From positions 18,042,001 through 18,106,000 of the forward strand of contig OZ316775.1 of the NCBI GenBank assembly GCA_973851085.1: a stretch of 64,000 nt of DNA. The letters are read 5' to 3'. Below, piece after piece: positions 40,634 to 54,819 of the stretch. Position 1 is the stretch's first letter, and the number at the start of each line of letters is the position of its first letter. The notes beneath the pieces were generated by a model. The model saw nothing but the letters and a program-made list of their open reading frames with translations, was not told the origin of the DNA and did no database searches. This stretch comes from Ptychomitrium polyphyllum (lineage: Eukaryota). A program made the translations under genes and the position numbers.

Positions 40634-43419
40634 AGTTTTCATGGGGATTGAATGTTTTTCCTCTTTCTAGAATCTGACTAGGTGCTCAGGTGTGCCAGCA
40701 GTTGTTGATAAAGATTTGCAGTGCCATTTGGTACGTGTCAATCCTTTTCTGTGTATAATTATTTAGGGTTTTCCAAACAGAGTTGCGTAGATTGAGCTGC
40801 CGATGCTGCAGAATGGGAGGGGGAACCGGTCTTGATCTGCTCAAAGATGAGGTATTACATAATTGGTCGTGTGATATCCATTCGAGTTGCAGAGTTGGAC
40901 ATGAATTTTCAGTCTCATTGATGTGAATAGTATGGCTTTTGTTTAGGATTTCTCTTGAAAATTCATTGGTAAAGATTGACCGATTCAACTCAGCGTATAT
41001 TGTTGTTAACAGATTTTTCCGCTATTTTATTTCAGAAGTTGGAATATTCTGGTTCAGTTTGCTAGGAGTGTGCTAAGTGATTCACTATAGAGACACTTTT
41101 TAACAGTTTTTCTTTCTCATCAATGCTTTGATGGTTATGTACGAAATGAGTAGGATAGTTTGGACCAACGATGCTGCAAGGCTTCTGTTTTTGTAAAATA
41201 GGATATTGACAGAACGCAAATCCTGAACAGGAATTCAGTACTTAGATTACTTGCTAGTATTCTACTACCTGTTGTTGGTCTTAAATGTATGCGGGTGGTA
41301 GAGTTGGAAGTTGTTTACGATCTGGTAAGTAGAGCTGACGAGCATGTTGAAGATGTTGGATCTTCCAGCCTAGGTTTGTTTCCGACTCTTGAAAGACAAT
41401 ACACAGCGAGCTCGTGCACGTGTAACACACACTTGGTCCATCAGCCAGCACTCAACTCTGAAGGGATTGAAGAGCTTGAACGTCACGAGGTCTGCTTTCT
41501 GCTCTGGCTTTTGGAAATTCAAATACCTTTTTGATGCTCATCTCTTCTCGGTGGTCAAATACCAGGAGGTGGCTCTTGCAATTAGTTGGAACTCTGCTTC
41601 ACCGATTTAGGTTTTCAGAGAAAACCTGTGAGCCTTGTTAATTAATCCATGCCTTACCAATGTCTGCATGCCTCACTGAAGGAATATGCTATAAATGAAA
41701 GGCTTAAGTTTAAATTCTCGCAGTCGACTAGATCGTATCTTCGGTTATTTAAGATCGAACATAGATAGTGCGGGGCTTCGAACTGGCAACTCTAGAATGA
41801 GAAATAGAAATTAACCAATCTGATAACCAAATTCAGGACAAACCGAATGCAGAATGGCGATTCTCTTAAGTCGGCATTGTTCATTAAGTCGCTTTGTTAG
41901 TAGTCGTTTTCTTAGTGGTTGCTGGCTGTGCATTTTTGTCACATGTTCTGTAGTTGCACCTGGGCACCTCTGTATCTTGATCTCTTGGTCAGATATGCAT
42001 GCTGCTCTTTCACCTAAGCAGAGAACGAAAGAAAGAGAAGAAAGGAGACGAAACGGAGGGAAAGTAAAGGAGAAGCAGCCTTCAAATTCGAATTGCCTGA
42101 TGACGAGCAGGAAAATTGCTTAACAGTCCATTATAATCGCGATACATTTAATTCTTGTAAGCTGCGATTTAGTCATTAACTTCCAACAAAACAGTTAGCA
42201 TTGTTTCTTAAGCTTCATCTTCGTGTTCATTAAATTTGTGCTTGTGGAGACTGACAGTCTTCGTTAATATGTTAAATTGCAATGACTGATCATCGATAGA
42301 ATCCAGCAACCTTGTTCTTAAATGATCTACTTGTTTAGCAAGCTGATTATTGATCACCGACATGACGAAGTTTGTTTCTATGCACTCCAGGTGGATCTCT
42401 TAATCTTCCTCAATTTTTCTGAATTCCGACTACTGTAGCAGCTGAATGAAGTTGTAGTCACACGCTTGTTTTGTCTGATGACTTATCCTAAGGAGTTTGC
42501 ACCTTCAATCTGTTCCATGATCCCATCATATACTCTCTATCTGGTAGTCAAAATTCACACAATAAAGTCAGTCAAAAGGCGAGATTGAAAGCATATTACT
42601 CGGTAGACCGACAGATCAAAACAACTGCATGGATGTTTGGCATATGTGCATAAAAAACTAGCACTTGGAGTTACTCACGAGCACTGGCTTGGATAATTGC
42701 AGGAAGCGCTTACCATAGAGTATATTTCCCACTTCTGCTGTCTGTCAACGTTGCTTGCCGAGGTAAGTCAATACTCAAAAACGTAATTTCTGAGGCTGAG
42801 GAGAAAGCGGACCTTGTAAAAGTTTGTCAACAGAAAAATCTTGTCTATTTCATTTGTGTTGGGTTTTTGGGAACTGAATCAATTCAACAAGGCAATCTAC
42901 GTCAGCTGTAGCTGCATGATTTCTGTTACTAAAGAGAGGACCCACTGGTTGTTATTCGGAGTACTTTACATGTTTTCTGGAGCCTCAAAGCATCACTGAA
43001 AGGTGAATTCAGTTACTGCAACGATAAAAGCATGCAAGCTTTGCTGGTTTGTATGCTGCGTTCTTTGATAGTTCATATTTTGTGAACACTTAAATCAAAC
43101 GGTAGTCAATCCATAGAAATATTAGCTTCGTCTATCTGTATCAATTGCAGCACATGAGTTTTAATCTCAAGCATGGCTCCAGCAAGTGCTGTATGGCACA
43201 TTAATTCCACACAATTTGTGGAATTAGATATCCATCACATCATGCTTGAAAATGGTCGATTTGTTATGAATTAGAATGAGTGATATTGCACACAAATCTC
43301 ACCTCTTGGTTGGAGGTGTTATTACCCACTGATATTGAGTAGGTACAAAGCCTAAACACGGGCTGTCACACAAAATCAACCCATGATTCGTTGAGGTCGG
43401 ACATAACTGTCGAACAGAT

Positions 43420-43478
43420 TATATTTCCCTAGTGAGGCTTATGTTCCTTAGTGAGGTTATATTCCCTGGTGAGGTTTA
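43420..43478. repeat. Imperfect tandem repeat, 3 x about 19 bp (TATRTTCCYTRGTGAGG core)
   Basis: tatatttccctagtgaggct / tatgttccttagtgaggt / tatattccctggtgaggtt. Confidence 0.75.
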
Positions 43479-45535
43479 TTGTTGTCACAAGTTTGGCATT
43501 GCCCACCTCCAACTTACTTAGCCTGCACAACGAACTTGGTGCTTAGAGTGTGCATCATTCACTCAACTTCCACACAAGACAAATAAGTGTAACGAACAAC
43601 ATAGGTAAATGAATTCATGGCTGCAGTTATCTTTGATTACAATATTGTATTCTGTTTCAGTATATCTGAGGGCTTTCGTTAGATTTAAATCAAAATTCAA
43701 ATATGAAGTTGACAAGAACAAAGGAGTCCACAATGTTACTTAGCTCATTGAATGTTGATTTTCGAAATACTATCTGCTAGGGGGACTTTAGGCTCTTCAT
43801 TCTAACACGCCAACAACGCCGGGGTTGCATGTGAGAATGCCGCACCACGGAGGTTTGAAATAGATTAACAGGCGGTGGCGACTCTAGTAATAGGTAATTG
43901 TCTTAGCTGGGAAGCGAAATTCAAAAGGGTAAATGGCAGGACGACATAACCCTCACCGTGACTTTCAACATCTTTTTCCTGAACAGTACCTTGAAATTTT
44001 CAACTTTAGGCCACTGGAGTCCACCGAACGATGACCTGAAGAATCATCTATTCGTGAGCTGGAGTACACAACCTCATTCCCTGGTCAAATTTAGGCTTCC
44101 GGCTTTCTGCAATAACCCCAAATCTTTATCAACGCTAACCACATGGCAGAATTACTGGTCGTCTACAATTAAATAATCAGAGAACTGAAACAATCTTCAG
44201 GCATGATACACCCCTAAGGGAGGCAAGGGAGGTATGTGGTTGATGAACACTTTCAACCTCCAATTGCAAAGCTGGATGAGATGGTCTATGTATCCATTTT
44301 GCCAGGGTCACTGTAACTTTAAGCCATGAGTTCATCAATTGGGGTTCTAAAATGGACTTTACATTAAGTTTTTATAATATTCAGAAAATCTAGTTTGAAT
44401 CTTTTTGAGCTCTTTGTTTGACGGAATTGAAAAATCTCAAAAAACACTTCATTTTAGAATACCATATTCCAAACCGATCATCTGTAACCAATTCGAGAGA
44501 AATTTGAATTGTGAGTTCTGAATTTTTACAAAATATGTGATGGTTCATATGTCAAATCTAACAGTATAGATATAAATTTCAATTCAAACTCTACAACTTT
44601 TGTTTGCAAAGCAATTTCAAATCATCCATCCAGGTAACATTCTATACTGGATCTTTGTAAATCTTCAAAAATGAGTGGGATCCTCTTTTGAGGGTTAAAC
44701 GGAATTTCATCAGAGCTAAATCTTATTAAGGCGTTACCAGTCAGTCAAAAAGAAATTTGATTACGTCACTCTTTTAAGGTTACCTTGATTTGTGCTTCAA
44801 TCATCAGCAGAGACTTTTGGACCAGTCACAAATAGCTTGGCTGATAGATCTCATAAGATTTAGAGTCCTGGCTTCATTGAATTTGTTGTCTTAAGGAAGA
44901 TGCTGGTCTGGTCATGTTTACTTAATGACATACCTAGTTTCTACAAGTGTTCATCTGAGATTGCATCCGCTCCTCGTCGACCACTGTATGGAATTGCCGA
45001 AGTCGTCTACTGACGCTCCATGAGTCCTACAAGTGTGTTATATGTCCTCCACCCCGCTCAATATTCACCATTCTTCTCTTGCAGTTTTAGGCTGCTGACG
45101 ATAGTTTTGTGCGGAAGCTGACCCTGCCAAGGGTCCAGCCGCCAGCTTTCGCAACTCCAACTCCTGCTGTGCAAGCACAGGTCAGGTCATATTTGGTCGA
45201 CTCGTAGGCGGCTACCGACTGGCCGAGGCTCTCAGGCGTCCTTTAGTAAGATTAAAGAAGTGATAAAAGGTTGAGACTAGGACGTGGGAACACAGGAAGC
45301 TAGCTGATTCAGCTCTTCCACTTCCACTCGTTATTGCACTTCCTTCTACCCGGGGAAGTAGTTGTTATCAAAAGACTAGGGAATATAATCACTTCGTGAA
45401 GGTCTTCTGCTTGAGAGAATGCGAATCTGACGTGCTGAAGGTCAAGTTGCTCCTCTGGTCGGGTGAAGTCCAATTCTCTAGTAGCTGCTTTGCGTTGCCG
45501 GTTATAAGCAGTACGAAATAATCAACTTAGGCATC

Positions 45536-48420
45536 ATGGAAGCCATCACAAACAATGGTCATGAGTACATTAGGAACAGATTTCACAAGACGAAGCAGGT
45601 GGATGAGTTTTGCGTATCTACACCAGCTGTTGTGCAGGGAGCCGATCCCTTGAACTGGGGTCGCGCTGCAAAGGCATTGGAAGGGAGTCATCTCGAGGAG
45701 GTGAAGAGTTTCATCAAGACATTCTATGAGGCCAAAGAGGTTCGTCTGGAGGGCATGAGCTTGACCGTTGCTCATGTGGCTGCAATTGCTCGCCGACCAG
45801 AGGTGCTTGTCGAATTGGATGCCGCGGTTGCTAAGGGTCGAGTAGACGAGAGCTCTAACTGGGTGCTAGCGAAGATCATGAAGGGCTCGGATATCTATGG
45901 TGTCACTACCGGTTTCGGAGCCACTTCTCATCGCCGAACCCAGCAAGGAGTGGAACTGCAGCGAGAACTCATCAGGTTTGTCTCTAATGCTCATTTAATC
46001 ACTTTCTTGAAGCTTCCAATCTGGAAAATGTATTCATATCACGAGGGATCTTGGGCACTCTAGATTGCTAGCTAGGCCCACCTACAATTCGCAACTTTAA
46101 GTATAAAGGCACGTTACAATGTAGGAACATTAATTGACGAAATCGAGTTAAAAATCGTAGATGCAAATGTTTGATGCAAAAGAGGAAGATCATTAGGAGT
46201 AATTGTATACATGGGTAAAAGTGCTGTAAATAGGACGGAAAGTCTTTGCGACAAATCCACCTAAGTTATGTTGCCAGTAATCTGTTTCGAACCTCTGAAT
46301 CGTATGTATGTATTCAGTCAGGTAAGAAGGGTTGTTCAAATTCGTTATTCCGGTTTGTCAGGTTCTTGAACGCGGGAGTGGTAAACTCTGGCAACACTCT
46401 TCCTGTAAGCACAACCCGGGCTGCGATGCTTGTCCGAACCAACACCCTCCTGCAAGGATACTCCGGCATCCGGTGGGAAATTCTGGAAGCCATGGAAAAG
46501 CTTCTCAACGCCCAATTGACGCCAAAACTGCCGCTGAGGGGAACCATTACAGCGTCCGGAGACCTCGTCCCCCTTTCCTACATAGCAGGTACAGCTTGAA
46601 CTTCACTAGAATTTACCTGTTCCACATGGTGATGTGATTAGGCTCTGAACTAAATGTGAACTAATTGTTTTTAAAGGAATCAGCTAGATTGGACATACTG
46701 TGTCATGAAACACGAGAAAAGCTTACGGAAGTGGGATGCTTAGGCACTAACTTTTGTTTCCTCCACTGGTGGAACACAGGTCTCCTCACAGCGAGACCAA
46801 ACTCCAAGGCAGTGACCGAGGAGGGGAAGACAATTAGTGCAATGGAGGCTCTGAGGATGATTGGCAGGGACCAACCGTTTGAGTTGCAGCCCAAGGAGGG
46901 CCTGGCTATGGTGAATGGGACTGCTGTAGGATCTGCCTTGGCATCCACTGCGTGCTTTGATGCCAATATCCTTGCTGTCCTGGCCGAAGTACTCTCTGCG
47001 CTTTTCTGCGAAGTGATGCAGGGGAAGCCTGAATTCGCCGACCCTCTTACCCACAAGCTGAAGCATCATCCAGGCCAGATGGAGGCAGCTGCAATCATGG
47101 AGTGGGTCCTAAACGGAAGCTCTTACATGAAGGCAGCTGCGAAATTGCATGAAACCGATCCCTTGAAGAAGCCCAAGCAGGATCGCTATGCTCTTCGTAC
47201 TTCGCCTCAATGGCTAGGCCCTCAGGTATGAATGATAACTTCGAGAACTCTCACTGTAGAGTAAGAAGCAGTTATCGGTTGCAAGATCATTTGTGAAGAG
47301 ATTCTCTTGAGGGATCGATGTTAACGCTGTGTTTGTTTCGCTCCTGAAGGTTGAGGCAATCCGCAATGCTACGCACTCCATTCAGAGGGAGATTAACTCT
47401 GTCAACGATAGCCCCCTCATCGATGCGGCAGGAGACAGGGCACTACACGGAGGCAACTTCCAGGGCACTCCAATTGGAGTATCCATGGACAATATGCGGC
47501 TCGCCATTGCCGCCATCGGCAAGCTCATGTTCGCCCAATTCTCCGAGCTCGTGAACGACTTTTACAACAACGGGCTGCCCTCCAACCTCAGCGGTGGACC
47601 CAACCCTAGCCTCGACTACGGCATGAAGGGGGCCGAGATCGCCATGGCCTCATACCTATCCGAGCTCAACTACCTGGCAAATCCCGTCACCACCCATGTT
47701 CAAAGCGCGGAGCAGCACAACCAGGACGTGAACTCTCTCGGCTTAGTCTCCGCTCGCAAGACAGAGGAAGCAATCGAGATCCTTAAGCTTATGAGCTCCA
47801 CATTCCTGGTCGGGCTCTGCCAGGCCATCGACCTCCGCCATATCGAAGAGACAATGCAGGCAACTGTGAAGAACATCGTCAGCCAAGTTGCAAAGAAGAC
47901 GCTCTTCATGGGCCCCAATAGCACCCTTCTTCCCGCCAGATTCGCAGAGAAGGATCTCCTCAGAGTCGTCGACCATCAACCAGTGTTCACCTACATCGAC
48001 GATGCATCCAGCCCCACTTACCCTCTCATGGAGAAGCTGCGACAAGCGCTCGTCCAATACGCCCTCAAAAACCCCAACAACGAAAAGCTCGCAGACACCT
48101 CTGTTTTCAACAAGATTGCCGCCTTCGAGGAGGAGCTCAAGGAGAGGCTCACCTCCGAAATCCCACTCGTCCGGGAAGCCTACGACAGCAAGAGAATCTC
48201 CTCCGTTACTAACAGAATCGAGAACTGTAGAACCTACCCTCTGTACAAATTCGTCCGCGAGGGGTTGCAAACGCAGCTGCTCTCTGGCCTGCGCACCATC
48301 TCACCAGGCCAAGAGATCGAGAAAGTATACGATGCAATCTGCGGGGGTAAACATGTGGCTCCTCTCATGCAATGCATCGAAGGATGGAGCGGCGCTCCAG
48401 GACCATTCCCCTGTGGCTGA
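45536..48420 (+). CDS. PAL: Phenylalanine ammonia-lyase, copy 1 (4 exons)
   Basis: Exons 45536-45975, 46362-46588, 46780-47225 and 47350-48420. Motifs [22 protein letters not shown] (Phe-type selectivity residue), [38 protein letters not shown] and [12 protein letters not shown]. Confidence 0.96.
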
Positions 48421-51400
48421 CGATGTGGATCATCACCATGTAGATAAAACATTTCACTTACATATTCATTGGGCACAAATTGATGAGCTCCGACTGAGGA
48501 GATGCCATTGTCTCCATTGAGATGGTCCGTCGTTGTAGCTAATTTGTAAACAAGACAGTAGAGCTAATTTAGCATCCTGAAATAATGACGACGATGTTGA
48601 GCAGTGAAGAGGAAGCAGGAAAACGAAGGTTACAAAGAGATACAATGAAATGCAAGATTCTTAGGAGAAATGAAACTCTAGAGTACAGAATTGTTAACGG
48701 AAAATCACAATTCGTTAACAATTTTCATATCATACCTGCCGATTGAGTACTCTGTGGATTTTTCTAATGCCAACAATTCGTGTAAAGGTTGCAATGAGCT
48801 CCAATCGGACATAGAAGGATCGAAGTGCAGAGTGGCGATCACAAAGGTTGTATGTACCATCAAGTCATTATAGGATGTATAGGCTAGCTACTTCTCAACT
48901 GCAGCACTGAAGTGGACGTGAAGGTTTACGTGTGCTGTACCCTAAACCTAGAAATTGACTCAATCGAAGAATCCTCTTCTTCAGCATCTTGCCACAGCGA
49001 AAATTGAGTGAAACTTTCTCTGAAGACATCAATAAGTGGAAGCCTAGGGTTCAGCGTGAGCTTGTGCAGGGACAAGCTCCAGGAAAATCCACTGAGCCTC
49101 AGTTTCTAATCAACGTTAATTTTGAACTCCCCCTTTCACGGTCGCATACGTTTTGTTTAAAGTTTGATTCTTCAGCGCACTTTAAAAGCTGAAGTCTAAA
49201 ACCCTAAACCCCAGCGGTGCGACCGAACTGGAAACCTGCCGTTCAACAGGTGGTACTCTACCAATTCACACTTGAGTGTATACAATGCCAGTGATCAATG
49301 GACCTAGCATGAGGTAGCACATCAGTTAATATGATGTGCTAGGCTGTTAGCAGTACATACCCCAAGCAACGTCTCAATAGTAATCTACATAATTCACTAC
49401 AAATCCTAGCACAGCCATAATCTGCCACGGGCAAATTCAACCCCCATCTTCATTTGAGATGATCCTCAGCGTTTTGATGCCCTGGCCTCTTCATTTCAAG
49501 GGTGCAGAATTTATTTTTGAGGTCTTCATCAACAATCCCATTTAAGGTCTATGCACCATTTGTGGCTTTCAAGCAGGACTGTAAGATGTCGAAGTTGTTT
49601 GTAAACTATCGTATACGCTGGACTCGTCGTTTTTTCATTATCTTAAAACATTCGTCATGCACTACCGATACCAGAACTTCGCATTTCCTTGTGCCGGCGG
49701 AGCATGCACCGTGATGGCTGGAATGGTGCTCCTGACATGTTCCATTTCTCTCCGGCTGTGAGGAATGATCTGTTGCTCTTAACTTCGTCTGCAATTCCAA
49801 ATGCAAGTTGGAATAATTACGACCCTGGATTGAGAGTCCAATGGTCACAGCATGATGAGCCTGAGATTGGTAGTTACAGCTTCGGTCGTGATTGTTCTTA
49901 GTGAAGGTGCAACCGGGGACAATGTTCATAAAATTGGATCCATATTGGTCCAATTCGGGTTCGCCAAAGATTGGCGGGCATCCGGCTTCTTTCTGTCGTT
50001 GACTTCGCTGCCAAATTAGGGAGGCCGTGCTAATGAAAGGCGATACTGGCGGTGATAACGTCATATGATTCCTCTTGATGCTGTCTGTACTTCTGCGTCC
50101 TGAATGCCTTCTTTTTAAGGCTTTCATTTTGGCGATACCACATCTTTAGATGCTCCGATCCTGCCCATTCCGAAAGCCTATCTGCGTCACCGCACCAAGC
50201 GGCGATCTTAAGGTTAGAACTGAGAAACCGGACGCTTAAAGATATTCATGGCAATAAATTGCGACATATAATCTGTTTCTATAGAAGTTGAATGCAAGTC
50301 TAACTTCACCCCCAAGGTACGTAACTCCTTTCTATCAGCCATTTCAAACTTGATGACAACTAGGAAAATCTCCCCCAACCTGTCCAACCCCACCAAAATG
50401 TGCACAACCTCGAAGAACAACAAAGAACCAGAATCGAGTGCCGAAATAGGTCTGGATCAATCCTCCACGAACAACAACGGTCACAACGCAGATTACGCCC
50501 TTAAGAATAACAAACAAATAAATTAATCAAGAACACACACATTATGCGCATTGTTTTCTATACAATCCTACCATCTCCAGCTGTGAAGGCTCCTCGAAAA
50601 CTCTATTACTCCAGCCACACTATGGACATCAAGATTGAAACTCAAAAGCAGTCACGAAAAGTAAAAAGAACTTGCAGCTCGGAAAAAATCGCACGAACCA
50701 AGCGCCAAGAAACGAACCCCTCACCAGTGACTGCAAAGACAACGGTACAATCCGTATGAAACTGCAGCACTGTCGGCACGGGACGAGGAGTTGGACTGCA
50801 GCTTGCTCTGAACGAAACTCTGGAGCTCGGCGTACTAGGATAACATCTTACACGGCAAGTGTTAGTTGATCAGCGTTAGCGAGGACCCCATCCTCAGGCG
50901 CAACCAAAGTCCATGAGCTCCATCACTCCAAACAAAGCTGCAGTGCAGTCGACCTCGAAACACCACCTCGAACTAAACCACCGCAAGCTCCGAATGCCAG
51001 AAGTGATTACCCAGGCTCAACTACATGCAACTCAAACTCTAGCCATGATTCCCAGGCTCAAACCCTAGCGATGAATGCTGCAGCCGAACCAACAAGTTGT
51101 CGATGCCATGAGCCCACCATGCCATGAGCTTACAATATGCTGGAGCTCGTCGCTGATGAGTTCGTGTGGACGAAGCCGACACTCTAATCTAAGACTTCTA
51201 CAGATTCTAAGTACTTACACGTTAACGAATGGTAGATTATGGTTGGAGTTCGGCAGAGCGTAGTGGGAAGTGATGTGCGAGATTCATTCCAAGGACAGAA
51301 CCTTCGAGTTTGTTGTTGATATTGCAGTCCAAAGTTATAGTTTTATTATGTCTCTATATTTTTACACACAAAAAATATAAAAATTCGAAAACACCAATTA

Positions 51401-52344
51401 TCTTTTCTAGTATGAGATTCACTATCTATTTACATAAGACTATAGTTTTTACAAAAGGTAAACATTTTTACCAGGGTTTGAAACAATTGGTTTCATCCAT
51501 TTTAGAAAAATTGCATAAACATCCTTGGTAAAATTGCTCACCTTGCGTAAAAAGACAAAGCCGTCTCAAAACAATTAGTGCCTCTTGCACTGAAGAGCCT
51601 AAGCGCTGTGCTGGTGTTAGGATGGCCCTGTCACTGTGGCTATACACGTATCTAAAGACAAATCCGGAAAGTACATAAATCAGTGATCTAGTCACAGCTA
51701 GTTTCATGTTCACGTCCACAGATGCACCTGATTTCACACTTTGAAAGCCTCCTATTCTAAATGTCAGTCATCTGCTTCGAATTCATATTCAATCTGAGTC
51801 TTACAATCTTGCTCTCAACATAGTTCAACATTTCCCTTCAATAACTACACCATATCAGTTTCTCAATTCTCAAGAATATGTCTCTTATTGACGTTGTATC
51901 TGAATTAATTCTCGAAGTTAATAGTATTACATTGTCTAAAACTATACTTAAAATTAACTGCCGAAGAATGTTATAGTGGATGATATCAGATACAGCGACG
52001 GTCCTGGATACACAGACGGTTAAGGATACTGGCACCCCATGACCGACTTGGGAGGTGCGACCGTGGAACCATGGTCGAGAGCACTCACAATAACAGGCAC
52101 TCCACCTTATCCAGGGGCTAAGGGCAGTGCCCCAGGTTTAGCTTGAGCAGGGTTTTCCAGGAATGGGTTACCTGTCGAGGCCTGCTGAAAGAAGTGCAGT
52201 AGAAAATTGCATTGCCACTTTGCTGAAGAGTTGAGGTGATTTTAGTGAGGAAGAGGGGCACGGCACTATGAAGCTGTGCGGCTAGGCGATTGCAGCGCAG
52301 GATTTCGTGGTGTGGGCGTGGAGGTTTAGCGGGAGAGGAGAGCT

Positions 52345-54819
52345 ATGGCAGCTGCCATCACGAGGGTCGCACTGGCAGGAGCGTCATCTGGGAGAGAACA
52401 AGCGGCATTTAGAATTTCGAACATTCCAGAGGGGTCGCTCTCGGTGGTCCGTTCGAGGTCGAGGGTGATGGTGCGCGTTGAGGCGTCCCAGTGGCTTTCG
52501 AGGTTTGAGTCTGGTTGTCATGGTTTGCGGGATGTAGGGCCGAGGCGAGGTGGTCGCCGCTGCGTGCTGCGGTCGGCGGTAGGGCGGGTTTTTGCGAGTA
52601 GCGCTGTCGAGGATAAGGTTTCTCAGGGGGAGAGTCCGCGTGCTGAGAACGGCAGCAGTGGGGAGGCACCGGAGGTGTGAAATTTCTCCACAACTGTAGA
52701 ACCCCAGTTTCAGAATTTAGGGTGGTCGCTATCTTGAGATTTAGGGTTTAAGGGTTTCAGGCTTTAAGAGTCGTTAATTTTGTCAGTTTTATTTTGCACA
52801 TAAGGAATTTCGATGCAGAAATCATGTTCTATACTCGCAAGCCTTTCGTAGTCATTCAGGGTTTTTACTGGTACCAGGTATCTCAAGATGAAGGAGTGAG
52901 GAAGGACAGTGACAGTGCTGCTCGGAGCTCCAGCGAGTTCGAGGACATGGAAGACATTGAAGTGGAAAAGGGATTTAAAATGAGTCGCGTGTGTGATAGG
53001 CTGATAGATGTGTTCTTGGTGGAGAGGACCAAGCCAGAGGACTGGCGAATTCTCATAACATTCAGCCAAGAGTGGGGTACAATCAGGCCCTATTTTTTCA
53101 GGCGCTGCGAATCCCAGGCTAAGTTAGCGGAGGATCCCAAAAAGAAGGCAGATCTGCTCAAACTTGCAAGGCAAATGAAAGAGGTTCGTCACCAGATTGC
53201 GAAGAATGTTCACCTTAGAGGACCTGAATTCTTTGACTGTATTGAAGTTTTGCACTTCAGTTCTGCTCCCTTGTGGCTGGATGGAGCTGATTTTTGGTAG
53301 TTACTCCTGTTCCAGGTGGACGATGATATGCAGCGTCATAACGAACTTCTTGCCAAGGTCAGAGTATCTCCTCTGGAGCTGGATGCCATTGTGGTACGCC
53401 ACCGGGAGGACTTCACTGGAGATTTTTTCCAGCACCTTCACTTACTCACGGAGGCCTGTAAAGATGATCTTGACAGAAGAGAAGGTTCGAGCACACATTA
53501 TCATGATATTATATTACCATAAAACTTTACTTTGCTCTCGCTTATTTAATTTTAACATGAGTCTTAGAGAATTTCGTACTCGCTTGTGTTTTAATCCATC
53601 TTCGTTGGTTGGATTCGAGTAACTACTTTGGGTATGGTTGATTTTCTTGATGAGCTTGTTCTAGTGCTCAGTTAAATAGACCTTTTCTGTTACAGAAATC
53701 ACAACCATAGCGTCAAAGTGCCTCATTGCTGTTGAAGCATATGACAGAGCATCAGAAGATGATGGATATTTGGATTCGGCGCAAATGAAGTTCGATGATA
53801 TCTTGAGTGCTCCTTCTTTGGAAGCAGCTGCTGCAAAAATTGACAACCTTGCAAAAACCAAGCAGTTAGATTCTACGCTTATGCTTTTAATGACGAAGGC
53901 CTGGGTTTCAGCAAAGGAATCTACTTTGATGAAAGACGAGGTTAGTCTCATTTGTCTAATACGCTGCTTCTCCACCTGAAGAGTTTCCACCTTTTGCTTC
54001 TAGTGGTTGTCAAGAGAATCACTTTCACTTTAGTCGTTGAACCAGGGCCTGCAACACTGTCATTCCAATTTACCCTTTTGCGATTTTTTGCACCTACACA
54101 GAAGCTTTCTAGTGCTGCTGGAAAGAATTGTGTAACTCACATAATGGTCTGACATGTTTTGTATTTCACTCTAATGGATTATTATCACACTGGGTTGACT
54201 TGGCAGGCTAAGGACATTATGTTCTATCTCTATAGTGTTGCAAGGGCAAACGTGGCTAAAAGCGTCCCTAAAGAGATTCGAATAATACGCCATCTGCTCA
54301 GCATTGAGGACCCTCGAGAACGGTTTGAAGAGATGACAAATGCGTTCTCACCTGGTGATGAATTGGAAGGGAAGGACCAGGACGGCCTTTTCACGTAAGA
54401 ATCCTTTGGGTGCATTACACACATAGTCCATTTTTGTGGTCCATTTTCGTGTGTATATTCACAAGGAATCAAATCATCATATGTTTAGCAGTTTGCATGT
54501 TATTGTATTGTTTGCCCACAGTGTGTTCAGTTGCAGTGTTGGAATTATGTTCAAATCATAGCGAACTTCCTTGAAGCGCGACCTCTTCTTGCTGTGGCTT
54601 TCGTCTTCCTTTTGGTTTGTTGCTACCTTGGCCTAAGCGATTGTTTTGATAGATTGCAGAAAACCGGAGAAACTGTTGAAGTGTATTAATATCGTTTTAG
54701 ATGCTTTCTACTCCAACAAAAAAGGAACCCTCATTAAAGAAGCTCAAAACTTGTTGAACCCTAGTGTTATATCTAGACTGGAGATCCTTAGGGATGTGTT
54801 AGAGGAACAATTTATTTAG
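52345..54819 (+). CDS. At4g37920/At1g36320 (CDB1/CDB1L)-family organellar protein with transit peptide, multi-exon
   Basis: MSRVCDRLIDVFLVERTKPEDWRILITFSQEW..IRPYFFRRC, AQMKFDDILSAPSLEAAAAKIDNLA...LDSTLMLL..KAW..AKESTLMKDE and PKEIRIIRHLLSIEDPRER...AFSPG. Arg/Ser-rich N-terminus. Stop TAG at 54817-54819. Confidence 0.85.

Noticed and set aside
41765..41830. tRNA or tRNA-derived SINE head (minus-strand GTTCGAAGCC B-box-like)
   Set aside because: No cloverleaf could be folded and the A-box match is weak.
47743..48520. Alternative-frame and antisense ORFs over PAL exon 4
   Set aside because: By-products of codon bias in the PAL CDS.
49500..50500. 173-aa minus-strand ORF, possible transposase remnant
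   Set aside because: No transposase or other motif could be identified.
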